Assembly: GCA_001244265.2 (NCBI GenBank) | Contig: LN717261.1 | Location: forward strand, 2,991,591 to 3,055,590 | Direction of reading: 5' to 3' | Length of the DNA: 64,000 nucleotides | Source: Microbotryum violaceum | Lineage: Eukaryota | Part shown: in pieces, positions 1 to 11,711 of the stretch | How the letters are laid out: every line of letters begins with the position of its first letter | How positions within the stretch are numbered: position 1 is the first letter of the stretch | Notes under the pieces: generated by a model | Told to the model about the DNA's origin: nothing | The model's input: the letters and a program-made list of their open reading frames with translations, nothing else | Database searches by the model: none | Translations under genes and position numbers: made by a program

Positions 1-255
1 TCCAGCGGTGTGAGGATCGGTATATCGGTAGCTCGGCGGCAGTTCCACAAAGGCTGGCCATTCATCCGCCGGACCGCCGGATTGATCGACCGACACGACT
101 GGCCCTGTGCGCGGCGCAGTCCTCGGCGGTTCGCATGCAAAGAAAGCAGGAAACGCCCCCTGACAGGTACTCGTGCTCACCACGTTACCTCTTGGGACCC
201 GTTTGGCACTAGTTCTGGCGTGCATTTCCCTTTGCTCTCACGGTAGCTGCACAAA

Positions 256-879
256 TGTCATGAATGAGATCTCGCGGGGACTTGCGCTCTTGGCTCACGT
301 GATCTCACCCGGTCCACGTGACCTCAGCTCGCTCGGAGTACGGGTTCTCGCCTGTCGTACGTGATTACGTCTTGATCACATGATCTCGCTTGGCTTGCAT
401 CAGCTCACTTGGTCACCACGATTCGGGTACATCGGCTGGGTTTGTACACGTGATCTCGCCTGGTCCATGTGATTCTTGCCTGGTCTATGAGATCTTGCCT
501 GGTCCACGTGATCTGGCTCGGTCACATGATTCCGTTTGGCTTACATCATCTCCCTTGATGCACATGGCCATGGGCACGTGTTCCTTTGTATTCTATCCTG
601 TGTATAAAAGGTGTCCAGTGTGATAGCTTGCTTCTCTTTCTCCTTTCTGCAACCTGAATCTCGACTCAAATACGCCCTTGCTCTTACCCCTTTCCTGGGC
701 CTTCAGTGGAAGACCAAGTTGGAACGACTCAGCCTTCCTCTCTCGCCCTTGTCTGAGCCCCCTCGTCCGTCTCGCCTCTTCCATCCTTGTCCTTCGTGAT
801 AGCAAATGTTCAGCTTGATCTCCGGACGACGCGTTGAAGTATTCACGCAAGCCACTGCAACGCATCGCATCACATAACA
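256..879 (+). mobile_element. Putative solo or isolated LTR (~620 bp)
   Basis: Begins TGTCATG and ends CATAACA (6/7 inverted match, TG..CA). It has a repeat-rich U3-like half, a TATA-like TGTATAAAAG at 601-610, then a pyrimidine-rich stretch. Flanks ACAAA/GCTAA do not form a TSD. Confidence 0.35.
295..582. repeat. Degenerate ~19-20 bp tandem-like repeats, consensus CACGTGATCTCGCCTGGTC
   Basis: Repeated CACGTGATCT / CACATGAT / CATGTGATT / TATGAGATCT cores, often followed by (G)CCTGGTC, read directly. Confidence 0.75.
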
Positions 880-1323
880 GCTAACGCGCGGGGCAGGCTT
901 ACGTCAACTCGCCGCAAAGCTCAAACACCCCGAGCTGCTTGGTTACGGTGTTCTCAGTATGAACGCTCCAGCCAGAAGAAACCGCGCCTAATTGCAGCAT
1001 CCAGCCGAGATTGCTTTTGCTTTCCTTGCTTTACGGAGCGAGTATTAGCTAAATTCGGCACTGAGACTGATGACCCCTGTCGCGAATGCCGGGCTTCCTC
1101 GGCTTCATCTGCCTATCCTGCTGCATCGCGGGATCACCCAAATTATGCTGCGTGCCAGGGCAAGAGTGTTTCGGCCGCGAGAGTTCTACAGCCCCAAAAA
1201 ACAGTCGAGTCAATGTAGCCGCATCCTGTGAAGCGGAACGAGATTCTCATAGAGGTACCTCATGATCAGGCCGTGTCATTTAATGACTTGACCGCGAGGC
1301 GCAGACCCTACGTTTTCCTCATA

Positions 1324-2062
1324 CCAGTGGGAACCGGTAAAATTAACGGGATGATGAAATTCAAATAGCAGGAGAATTGGATTGTGCAGAGGTAAAAGAA
1401 CACGATACGAAGGTCAGCAAAGGAACGATTATCCCTTCATCGCCGTAACAGCAGGTAACAGCCGCCCGTTGCTTGTTGCCCAAAACGTCGTCGCAGATCC
1501 GGTTCAACTTGGAAACACTCGCACAATGAAACCCGGACGGTCGTTCATGTTTCGTCGTTCCGCCCAAGTGCAGGGAGGAAGAGGAAGAAATTAGAAGAGT
1601 AGCGCGGGATTATCTACAGCCCCTCGAACCTCATGTTGTTGTTGAGCCCCTGAAACCGGTGTCGGGATGTCGAGACCACGTCACGTTACTGACGGCGCAT
1701 CGCGCAGCGTAAGCCGCGCCCGCGCGTCAACAACAGCGAGACCACGCCTGAGCTCTGTAGAAGAAGTGAAATGTAAACCCACGCGCTTGTTATGACTAAA
1801 TACTAAATATATCTCTCAACAGTTCCGCACCACGTCGAAAATCGACAAAGACTGTCCTCGCGCTGTGGCTCGATTTTTATGGTCCAGAAAATGCAGAAAG
1901 GTCGGACATGACTTTTGGTCGGAACGCCGATACTACAGGCCGGTGAGGCAGATTCAATAGTATACTGGTACATTCACTATAGGCTGCCCTCAGGGCCGCA
2001 ACACACTCAAAAACTGCGATTTTAGGTACATGAGTCGCGGATCCACACTGTTTTTACCAGTT
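1324..2062 (-). mobile_element. Miniature non-autonomous Helitron
   Basis: The minus-strand 3' end is an imperfect CCCGTTAA hairpin + TTCCCA + CTGG|T (CTRR). Segment 1324-1570 resembles 11712-11940, including a decayed 'RP..IARVF' Rep fragment. Segment ~1620-2062 resembles ~13940-14418. Confidence 0.75.
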
Positions 2063-2999
2063 AGGCTAATTGCCAATCCGCATCTTTGCTTCAAAGATTG
2101 GCTGAGACTTGAAGCGATGTTTGAATACCATGACGTTTCCCAGCTGAAAGTTGAGGGGCTTGTCGCCGGCCCATGGTGCGTCAATGATGCTAAACTGAGA
2201 CCAAATTGGACGAAACCGCCGACATACCCTGCACCGCGCGTGACTATCAAAACCAGATAGGAGAGCCCCCTTTAGATCTACAATCTGGCTGACCCGGGGC
2301 TGATGCCCCACACTCAGCACGAGCCGGTGGTACTATTCGCCTATTCCCTGTGGATGTGGGACGAGGCGCGGCACACGCAGCGCCGATCACACCTGAGCTC
2401 CATGTTCCGACTAGTAATCTAATTCGAACTGAGTTGACGTGTTCCACGCATACCGTCTGTGGCTCAGCATGTGCAATACGAGGGGCTGCGCAGCGTCGAA
2501 GTTGTCTGATGGTTGTCAGGATTCTGAGCTTTACGACGTCAAACACATCGCGATTACTGTCGACCAAAAGAGGCCGATTCTCGTTTCACTCGTGAGTAGC
2601 ACAGCATGTGTACTCAGCAATCCGACCAACGACACAGGGCACCCGGCCCGTCCCACTCAAACCTCATCAGCAGGTGATTTTGTCAATTGTTCCAGCGAAT
2701 TCTGTATTATTGATGGACAGTCAAAGTCGCGGAGCTCGATCAGAGTAGCCCCATGTTGGTGAAGCTGAAACGGAGTCGAGATAAGTCTGTTCCAGGAAAT
2801 CAAAACTCTGCCACTCGTCCGATGGCAAGAAAACTTGCGGCTGGTGACGTGCGGTGCTATGTCCATTCCACCATCCTTTCCACCACCGAGTCTCCAATTT
2901 GCTTTTCTGCGCTTCGGCTTCGGCATCCGGCTCGACTTGGACGTCTTGCTCGATTTCGCGAACGGCGTTTCCTTCATAATCATCTACGTCGCTTGAACA

Positions 3000-5900
3000 C
3001 TACCACAATCGGCTCCGAATCATATCATACCTTGACAAACTGGCCAGGCTAATCTTGCGATCCCTCTCGTTCGCGTCAAAGATGTCATCCTTGAGTAAAC
3101 GCTCGACTTGATGGTCCATTGACTGCGTCACGACGACATATTACTGCCAAGTCATTGCATGTCTCCGAGGTTGCACGATCACGTAAGAGGTCAGACTTAC
3201 GGCTTCTGCTGGTGTTATACCGATCTTGGCTCGTCCACGATCATTGAGCTGGTCTTCGATTTCGCGCTGCTGCATCGAGGCCCAGCGTTCCGAGGCGAAG
3301 GAGCGAAGGTTGATGCTGAAGAGGTGTCGATTTTTCGTAAGCACTTTTGCGCAGAAAGATGAAGAGCGGAAAAGGCAACATACCCGATGAGCAGCTTGAG
3401 AGCAACCAGGCTGCAGGGAAGGAGAAGGGAATCGTTACTCGTTGGCTCAGTATGACCCGAACGATCAGACGCCGTCACGACAAGCTGACCAAATCCATCC
3501 GATCAGCACGACCAATGCGATCACGGCCCATCCCCTCAAATCACCCCACCCTTCTTCCACACCTCCACTTTTCAACACGCTTCCACCAGTCGAGTTCATC
3601 GAATTTGTCGAGGGCATCGCGCATTCGTCGATTGCGGAGTCGTCGACGAGCATCTCGAACGCTTGCGCGATAACGCGCACAACGAGACAGCCCAACGGAA
3701 GCGCCGCAAAACCCAGACGACGTGCGACAACAGGAGATTGGTCGACGAAGGGCTGTGGGTACGCGTAGTGGGCAAGGGGAGGGGTCGTCAACAGCGCACA
3801 TGTGTGAGCAACGCGCGAATGATGCGCCTCGACATACCTGCTCTCGTCTTGTTCCTTTGGCTCCGACAACGAGATCTTTGCACAAGACATCGATGAACCT
3901 TCCATAGACTTGTGGTCGGATGTGGTTGAATTTGGTAATAAACGCATGCTTGAGCCAGTCGACGAAGCATTCACTCATGAGCACAACAATGGCGGGGGAG
4001 AAGATCGTTTGAAGAAGAGCGAGTGAACTAGGTGTCGGCAGCTTGGAAAGCGAGGTAGGAAAGGAAGCCAAGAACGGGAAGAGAGGAATCGCCGCGGTGG
4101 AGGAGAGCTCGACGAGATTGCGGAGCGCAATGATGAAAAGCATGATGCCAAGTTGGAACCGCTCAACAACGTCTGACCCAAGACAATGCGCGTCAGCACA
4201 ATTTTCAGTGGATGCCTTGATATATGTTCAGACTCGACCCACCTGCGCAAGTTAACTGGAACAGGTTCTCCTTTTCGAACTTTTTGAAGACACTGCCTTT
4301 GATCTCGACAAACTGGTTCGACAGGAGAAGGGTCAACAGGGCGTTGGAGTACGAGTTGATGGCAACATTGAGGGTGACGAGTTGGTAGAATAGCACCAAC
4401 GTATGTGCGACTGCGAGGTCGAGGCCATCCTTCAGCGCGCGAGACGTTGGCAGATCTCACTCGAGGTTGCTCACCGACGTAGACGACAGTCAGACCGAAC
4501 AGAGCGAGAGGCCTGATACGAGGATGCGAGCCATCTGTCCGCCTGCCCAGCGTCTGCCGGGAGAACAGCGAGTCCTGTAGATCCTGCCCGAACGAGCAAC
4601 ATAACCGGTCCGCGATCTGGCGCGTGAAGGGAACAAGGGAAGTCAGATGCGTCGGATTGATCTGATCGCAGTCGGTTTTGGGGTGATGTACCTCGAGCAC
4701 ATTGAACAAGACGTATAATTTTATCGTATCCTGGCCCCTGACGGAGTGATACATCTTGCTGGCATCCGTGATTCTGTGTAAAGCGATCATCGCCAGCACA
4801 AATATTGCGGCCTTGGCAAGATCGCATTTGTGAGAGAGGCGCATTCTTCGAGGTTGCGAGCGGCGAAACACAGGTAGGCGAAGGTTGAAGACCGTATTGA
4901 TGACGAACGTGTAGACCGCAACTAGCGTTCGCAAGGGTAAAATGGTAAAGATGTACAGGAACGAGTCAAAACAGATGATGACGCCAAAGATGATGATCTA
5001 AGTGGGAGAGTGGCGCAAGCTACGGTGAGCTAGGAAACTTGCCGGACTGGCGAGACGCACGAGCGTACCCTTTCAAGTTCGCCTGGAACGGTCAAAAAGT
5101 TGGTCACACGCTCACTCTTGACACCTTGCTCGCCGTCAACTTCCACCGACATGACCTGGCGCAAGAGGTGGAACGAGTTAGCCGAGATCAGAATCGATCC
5201 CACGGCCGGGTTTTTGCCTGACTCCACCGTCTTCACTGTGAGAGGTACGGACTTCTTCTTGTAGGTAGTCCCACAGTGTATAAGGCAGAAGTCTATGGAA
5301 CACTTCAGACCCGCTTCCTTTCCGCTGACTCCTCCCGTAGCTGCGATCTGCTGAGGAGGTATTGGGACTGAGCGGCGCATCGGCGCGGGGCGAACTCACC
5401 TCGCCACCGTCTCCATCTCCTTGCGAAGGATCAATGCGCGAGTCATCCTTCGTGTAGCTCGCGTTGTGGTATTCCAGCTCGGGTGCCGAATGGATCGAAC
5501 TAGCATCATGGTGGTCGATTCCGGGTGTGCCGGATCTTGAAGAGTGGTCGTGGACGCTCGTACTGTTTGGGTAGGATTTGAGCGAAGGTCGACGATGGTC
5601 TTGCTGCTGCTGCTGATCGCGCAAGGCGTCGTGGTAGAAGGACGTCGTCGAGCTTGGTATTGAGTCGTGCTCCCGTGGTCTCGAGGTTGTGATCAGGATC
5701 GATGACGATTCGCCGACAGTCGCTGCATAGTCACCGTCACTGGCGGGCTGCTCGAGGCTGAGATCGTGGCGATGGTTTCGGGCAGAGCCGAACGACCTCG
5801 GGCTCGAGTATGTTCTGCTGGATTGAGAATGGGTTCGTGGTCGTCGCTTAGGACTCGAGTGGATGTACTTGCTGCTACGGTGGCTAGCGCCGCCGTCACG

Positions 5901-6095
5901 GGGATCGCGGGGGTCGTCGTGGCGGTCGTTGTGGTCAAGTGGTGGTGGTGGCAGCGGGGGTGAAGGAGGCGCTATCGGGTCAGAGTACATTTGCTCGGCT
6001 TCATCCTCCTCCTCCGAGTATCCGACATCGTTCTCGTCGTCTTGCAGTGGTTGGCTGAGGTCGGGCAAGGACCGGGTCGCCAGCGATAGGGGCAT
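3000..6095 (-). CDS. EMP65: EMP65/TAPT1-like (DUF747) ER membrane protein, multi-exon
   Basis: Conserved blocks ERVTNFL, SKMYHSVRGQDTIKLYVLFNVLE, ADRLCCSFGQD, LNVAINSYSNALLTLLLSNQFVEIKGSVFKKFEKENLFQ, VDWLKHAFITKFNHI, QSPVVARRLGFAALPL and C-terminal RYDMIRSRLW* (stop 3000-3002), separated by GT..AG introns. Start ATG 6095 is inferred. Confidence 0.9.
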
Positions 6096-6516
6096 CCTCA
6101 CTCGACGAGCAGCACTCGAGATGACGGCGAGAGCGAGAAGCCTTTTTGGGGCAATCTGCGACCCCGCCGATCATGATGCGAGTGCGATGCTCGGGCTGTG
6201 CGTTCAATCCAGTAGCAACACCCCTGGTTCAAAGCTTGCGTGGTATTCGTAGTGCTTAGGATTTATTGGACTTGCTGTGATCCGGGCCTTTGCTGCGTAG
6301 TGGTGGTCGCACCTGCCTGTGTGAACTTCATTTTTCTCGCGCTCCAAGCTTCAAGGCGCTTTTGCGAACCACCCGGAAATATTTCGGACTAAGACCACAT
6401 GACTCTCTGTGGGTTCGACAAGTCTCCACAACTACAACGGATTGCGATTTGCACACTCGAGGTAGGAATCATACAACGTGAAGAAGGACACAAAACCGAA
6501 GACGGGTCGAAAATGA

Positions 6517-7692
6517 TTACTTCTTGGCCGTCTTGCGACCATTCTTCTCCATCGCGGCCTGGCGCGAGGCTTCTGAGGCTGAGGGAACGTATGGCTGATC
6601 AGTTCAAGCAAGATTCGGTCCGCGTTTGCCATGCACGCACGCCACCTCACCATCGGTTTCGGCCTTGCGACGAGCTGCCGCCTGTTCCCGTTGTTTTCGG
6701 ATCTCGGCCAGTCGAGCGAGATCGGCGCGAGCGGCATCGGTCTGAATGATCAATCGAAACAGCGTCGACGATTTTGAGCAAGAAGGAACAAGATAGAATG
6801 GTTGGAGCACCAAGCTTTTTGAATGACTGGGGACTCACTTTTCCAGCGGCGTGCAGTTTGGCATAGCGTTCGGCCGCTGCCTTCTTGTCGGCTTGTTCCC
6901 TTGGAGGTGGGCACAATTGAAAAGCTTGTAAGGGTGACTCCTAGTTGCCGAGCTAGGAACATGCGACGTTGACAAACCTTTCGCGCCTCGACATCTCCTT
7001 GGGAGCACCCAAGTCGCCGAGCTTGATCCCTTTGTTGAGTTTCTTGTTGGCGTTCATCATGTCGAGCGCATCGTCGCCGTCGTTGTCGCTATCGCTGCCC
7101 AGCGCTCTCGTCGCGGCCTGCCCTCCACTCTTGGCAGCCTTCTTGTCCTTTCTCGCTTGTGCGACTTGATCGGCTGTCTTGACATGCCCTCGGCGAGGCA
7201 AGTCGGTCGAGGCGTTCGATGGTGCCGATCCCGAGAACGAACTCGGGGTTGTGAGCCGGGTCGAGTTGAGGTTGCGTACGAGCCCTTCGTCCTCGGGCTC
7301 GTCTTCGTCTGATTCAGCAGTGGGTGGGAGTTCACCTACGCGGGTTGCGGGCATTTCTTCTTCATCGGACGAGGACTCTCCCTCGCTGCTGGATTCATCC
7401 GAGTCGTTCGAGCCTTCCAGTTGTTGAGAGTTCCCATCGGTGTCCAAGCGAGAGAGATCGCGCGAGAAGCTGAGGTAGGTAGACGGGAGGAGGAAGACAA
7501 AGTGGGCTCGAGATCAATCTTTGCCAGGTACTTCTGCACTCTGGGTGGGTGTGTGTTTGGGGGGGGGGGGAGCGAAGATCGAGCAAGTTGTCCATTTACT
7601 CCCCGACTGAGAAGGATGAAGGGGGGACGAGCCACGTACTGTCTTCCTCCTCCGCGCTTAGCCTTGCCGAACTTGCCGGCGTTGCGAACCAT
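6517..7692 (-). CDS. PP28/PDAP1-like protein (casein kinase substrate phosphoprotein family), multi-exon
   Basis: N-terminal MVRNAGKFGKAKRGGGR, acidic Ser/Glu tract, then [46 protein letters not shown] typical of the PP28 domain. The inferred last exon ends ..GRKTAKK* at 6517. Confidence 0.85.
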
Positions 7693-8055
7693 AATTGATG
7701 GATGTGAGAAAAGGCGGGAAGGCAAGAGAGGAAAGAAAGCGTCGAGAATGAGATGGTGCTAGGAAGATACCAAGGGTGTCGGTGAGTATCAGGTAGGGAG
7801 GACTTGCCCGCGTGCACGCGCTGTCCTGACTCGAACTCGGATCTTGAGCTCAATTCAACTACTACGACACACCTGAACTTGTTTGGGCCGATTTGTAATC
7901 CGAATGTACCCATCTAAGGGGTGTATGAATGCCGGTGTAAGCTCTATTGAACGATGAAAATACCCTACTGAAAAAAGTCACCTTGTGTCCTAGCAGGTTA
8001 CAATGCACGAACGGGCCCGAAAAGTACTACAAATTTCCGGGCCCGTACCCATGTC

Positions 8056-8320
8056 GGGGGCGGGGGCGGGGGCGGGGGGGGGGAAAGAGGAAAAGAAAAA
8101 AAAAAAAAAAAAAAGAAAAAGGAAAAAGCGAAAAAAAGAAGAAAAAAAAAGAAAAGGAAGGGGGAAAAAAGAAAAAAAAAAAAAAAAAAAGAGGGAGAGG
8201 GAGAGGGAAAGAAAAAAAAAAAAATGGAAAGGGGGAAAGGAGAAGAGGGATCGGAGGAAAGAGAAAGAAGGAGAAGAAGAGGGAGGGGGAGGTGAAACAG
8301 GAGGAAGAGAGGGAGTGGTA
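8056..8320. repeat. Almost purine-only low-complexity tract (A/G runs), possible sequencing artefact
   Basis: About 265 bp of irregular poly-A and poly-G runs with very few pyrimidines. ORFs across it are poly-K or poly-F and spurious. Confidence 0.85.
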
Positions 8321-8361
8321 CGGAACAAGTCATTTTGACAATACACATCATATTACAGGTA

Positions 8362-10252
8362 TTATGAAGCTACAAAGTTGTTACACTTCTTTTGATGCCA
8401 AGCTCGGCCATTCATCTCAGCCCTTGTCAGTCCTCTACAGAACCTTTGTGATTGTGGGTCATTCGGATCTATCTCGTCTGTCAGCCCGAAAGGCTTCCCG
8501 CAGTCCAAGCACGCCCCGTCACACTCATTCACCGATCCGTCATCGCTTAGTTTTGACACCTTGCGTCGACAAGTAGTTTGCCCACATAATCGACAGTGCC
8601 TTGCCCCTTTTGTGGTACCCGCGCGCGTCAAAGCGCTGCTCGTGCCCAAGTCCGCGCTCGAACCAGCGTCGCTCGAGGCAGTTGCAACAAAGGGGAGGAT
8701 GGATGACGTTGGCGGATCTGAGGCATCGACTTCTATCTCCGTAAGCCTCCCCAAGACTGGCGTTTTGTGACCAAGTAATGGCTTAGCCGCTAGCATGTTA
8801 ACATCACGACCGCGGGAGGGGTCGGTAAGCAAAGCTTGAATCACTCTGACGTCGTTCCCACCCATGTTCATTGTGGCTTGAGCATTTGCCAGCGACGACC
8901 ATCTCGATGCCCATGTATTAATGTGCTCTGGCATCTGTGTGAGAATTGTGCTTCAGCTCAACATCACCATTCAGTGTGACACAGACGCGACATACTTTGT
9001 AAAAGATGTCTAGTCCGTTGGCATACTTGTTCCAAGGCTCGGTAATCTCGAATATCCGACGATTTTGAGGAGCTCCCAGTCGTACCTTGCTTGAGAGATA
9101 TCTGTATAGCGCTCGTTCGCCAGGTGTATGGACATGTAATACAGCGAATCGAGTACCCTGACGTTCCGCTAGCCAGTCGTGGCGAAGCTTACGATCGGTT
9201 AGCAGCCGGCTTTGCATATGCTGTATCGCCGACGTATTGTTTTGCAGCAAGTTCCGTGGCGACCACTTGACGGGCTCCAAACGCAGAGTCCCGCGCTCGA
9301 CGTGATAGGGCTCGATCAAAAAGCGCATTTGCGCTGTTGGCGACTGAACAGGTACGATGCAGAATGTTTCGGTGGATGGGGTGTAGAGCAGCGGGTTGAC
9401 TATATCTGACACAGTGGTTGAGTGCCGTGGGAGAAATGCCGAGGTCTTGCGCCTTAGACGATGTAATTCCACAGTGAGCCAGAGGTCATAGTGCCCCACA
9501 AATGGTTTTCCGGTACGATTGAACGTCCCAACCTGCGAATACAAGGGATAGTGGGTGAGAAAGGTTGCCGCTTCTTCGAATCGCGATGGTGAAGTTGGAC
9601 TGACCGTGAGATTGTGCACTAGCACGTAGTCAGCCAAGCACGCATTGGCATGGCACGGAGAAACACCCGACTTTGGAAACCGTTGGCGAAGGTTCCGGTG
9701 GATGCCTCCTTCGAGACTGTTGGTGCCGCGCTGGCCGGAATATAAACGGACACCGTCATCCGCCTTCCCATCTGGCCCTCCGCAAGGCCCAAGGTCGGTG
9801 TACAGCTCGATGCCAACTGGATCCGAGACTTGGCCTTTCCGAATCGCCTCAAGACATCTCTTCGCTGCTCGTGCGCCGCTTTGTTGAAAAGTGGTTGCTT
9901 CGACTTCGCATCGACCGAGCTTCTCAAAGACCTCCCGGACCAAAGGCTCGAGAATGCCTGGCGGAGGGATCCATCGACGAACGCGTCTCCAAAGCTTCTT
10001 ATTCCATACCGGCGAACGGACCGCTTCTTCCCACGTCATTCCGAATTTTGCTAGGCGAGCCTCCATCAGGAGTCGATCATCCGCATTCGGGATGAAAACC
10101 GCATCGGAGAAGGCACGAGCAAAGGCTTTGGCAGCGCCATGTTTTTTGGACACATAGATCCGGTCAAAGAAATGCCAGAGATCGATTAGAATCTGCACAG
10201 CGGTATCGTCTGAGGAAGGGACTAGTGAAAGGGGATAGTTTGATATACGCAC
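8362..10252 (-). mobile_element. C-terminal part of an unclassified putative DDE transposase, 5'-truncated, intron-containing
   Basis: ORF 8918-10252 has IDLWHFFDRI..KHG (DxxH), RRWIPPP, GQVSDPVGIELY and RGTNSLEGGIHRNL. It splices DIFYK|GTATGT..CAG|MPEH into ORF 8362-8934, which ends in a Cys-rich CRLC..C..C..C..C region. Family assignment is from recalled motifs only. Confidence 0.55.
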
Positions 10253-10466
10253 TTCAGCTCCAGCCCCGGCGCCAGGACTGGGGCAAGTCCGTAGTAACTG
10301 ACCTTTGCTTGTTGCAGCCTTGCCCCAGATAGCTTTGCCAACTGCTACATTTTACCTCCGTGGTATCGGCGCTTCGTTTCCGAAAGAAGCTTGACAGCAG
10401 TTGAATCCTAGGATATGGCACGTTGCAGCATGAAGACAAGGGATGGCCGCGTGCGGCGCGCCTGAT

Positions 10467-10701
10467 TGCGCCAACTCAAGTGCGCCAACTCAAGTGCGCC
10501 AACTCAAGTGCGCCAACTCAAGTGCGCTAACTCAAGTGCGCCAACTCAACTCGGTGCGCCAACTCACGCGCGCGCGGTGCGCTAACTCAAGTGCGCCAAC
10601 TCGGGCGCCCGACTGCGCCAACTCAAGTGCGCTAACTCAATTGCGCCAACTCAATTTGGCGCGCGCGAGTTAGCGCAAGCGCACCCCCCAGCACCGGTAC
10701 C
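10467..10701. repeat. 14-bp unit array AACTCAAGTGCGC(C/T) ending in GCGCACCCCCCAGCACCGGTACC
   Basis: More than ten direct units, one inverted unit near the end. A near-identical block occurs at 63130-63280. Confidence 0.9.
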
Positions 10702-10702
10702 C

Positions 10703-10983
10703 CCCAAAATCCGACCTTATGTGAGCCCAGAGTGACGAGCGATTAGAGCGGTTATGTGTGCGTGCGTATATATAAGCACGCTAAAAAGTGTTGCGCGCAG
10801 CGCGCCTCCGACCCTCACTTCCGCGCGGCGTAGCCATACATGTTGCCCCCCCTGCAACCCGGGTTGCTGGATGGCCCGAGAACTAGGGCAACTTGCTAAT
10901 GAGATTGACCTATTATAGGGGCACGCACACATAACCGCTCTACTTGCTTGTCACTTTGGGCTCACATAAGGTCGGCTTTTGGG
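10703..10983. mobile_element. MITE-like 281-bp unit with ~63-bp imperfect inverted repeats
   Basis: 10703-10765 (CCCAAAATCCGACCTTATGTGAGCCCAGAGTGAC..GGTTATGTGTGCGTGC) is the reverse complement of 10921-10983 with few mismatches. No TSD seen. Confidence 0.7.
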
Positions 10984-10984
10984 C

Positions 10985-11195
10985 CCACGTCGGAGGCACT
11001 CTGGTCCCACATCGGAGGCGACTCTGGTCCCACACCGAAGGCGACTCTGGTCCCACATCGGAGGCGACTTTGGGATCACATCGGAGCGGACTTTGGGATC
11101 ACATCGATGCGGACTTTGGGATCACATCGATGCGGACTTTGGGATCACATCCGAGGTCATTCTTGTACCACGTTCATGGGAACTTTGGTACCACA
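10985..11195. repeat. ~23-bp minisatellite (CGGAGGCGACTCTGGTCCCACAT drifting to CGATGCGGACTTTGGGATCACAT)
   Basis: About 7-8 head-to-tail units with gradual sequence drift. Confidence 0.9.
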
Positions 11196-11711
11196 TAGTG
11201 TAGAGGCCTGTATCTCTTGCAATATGTGATGTATCACTCTGGGGGATGTAGTATGATGTATGTACAGGTCTATAGTAGTTCTGGCGGGTGAGACGAGGCG
11301 GACAATGCAGTAGTTGCTACATCGGGGTTCTTCCCCGCTGTGCCGCTCCGCGCCCGTGTCAGCGGTTAAACCTTACGCCGATCGTCACGAGGCAGCAAGC
11401 GTAGCTTGCAATAAATATCATAGGGTGGAGCAAATGTTTTTTTCTTGCTGACTAGAATACTTATGCGGTAATGGCATAATCACTACATGGGTGAGCTGTA
11501 GTGTTCCTTAGGCCTGCAATCGTTAGCACCCTTATTCGAGAAAATTCAAACATTCGGCGAAAGCCCTGGGGCCGCGCCAAAACTCGCAGGCACTCGTCGT
11601 TTGACGGGCTACACCGGCAAACTCACGAATGCCCCTGAAAGCAGCTCCTTTCCTCAGAGCTTCACACGCTCACTGGTCTTTCCCCCCACTCTCTCTTTCT
11701 TCTTACACATA

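Noticed and set aside
2060-2990. Short ORFs between the mini-Helitron and the EMP65-like gene
   Set aside because: No recognisable family and conflicting overlapping frames.
7947-8576. Poly-Lys and poly-Phe ORFs
   Set aside because: They are translations of the low-complexity purine tract.
10467-11195. Short-repeat arrays as a CRISPR locus
   Set aside because: Units are head-to-tail with no unique spacers, no cas genes are present, and the DNA is eukaryotic.
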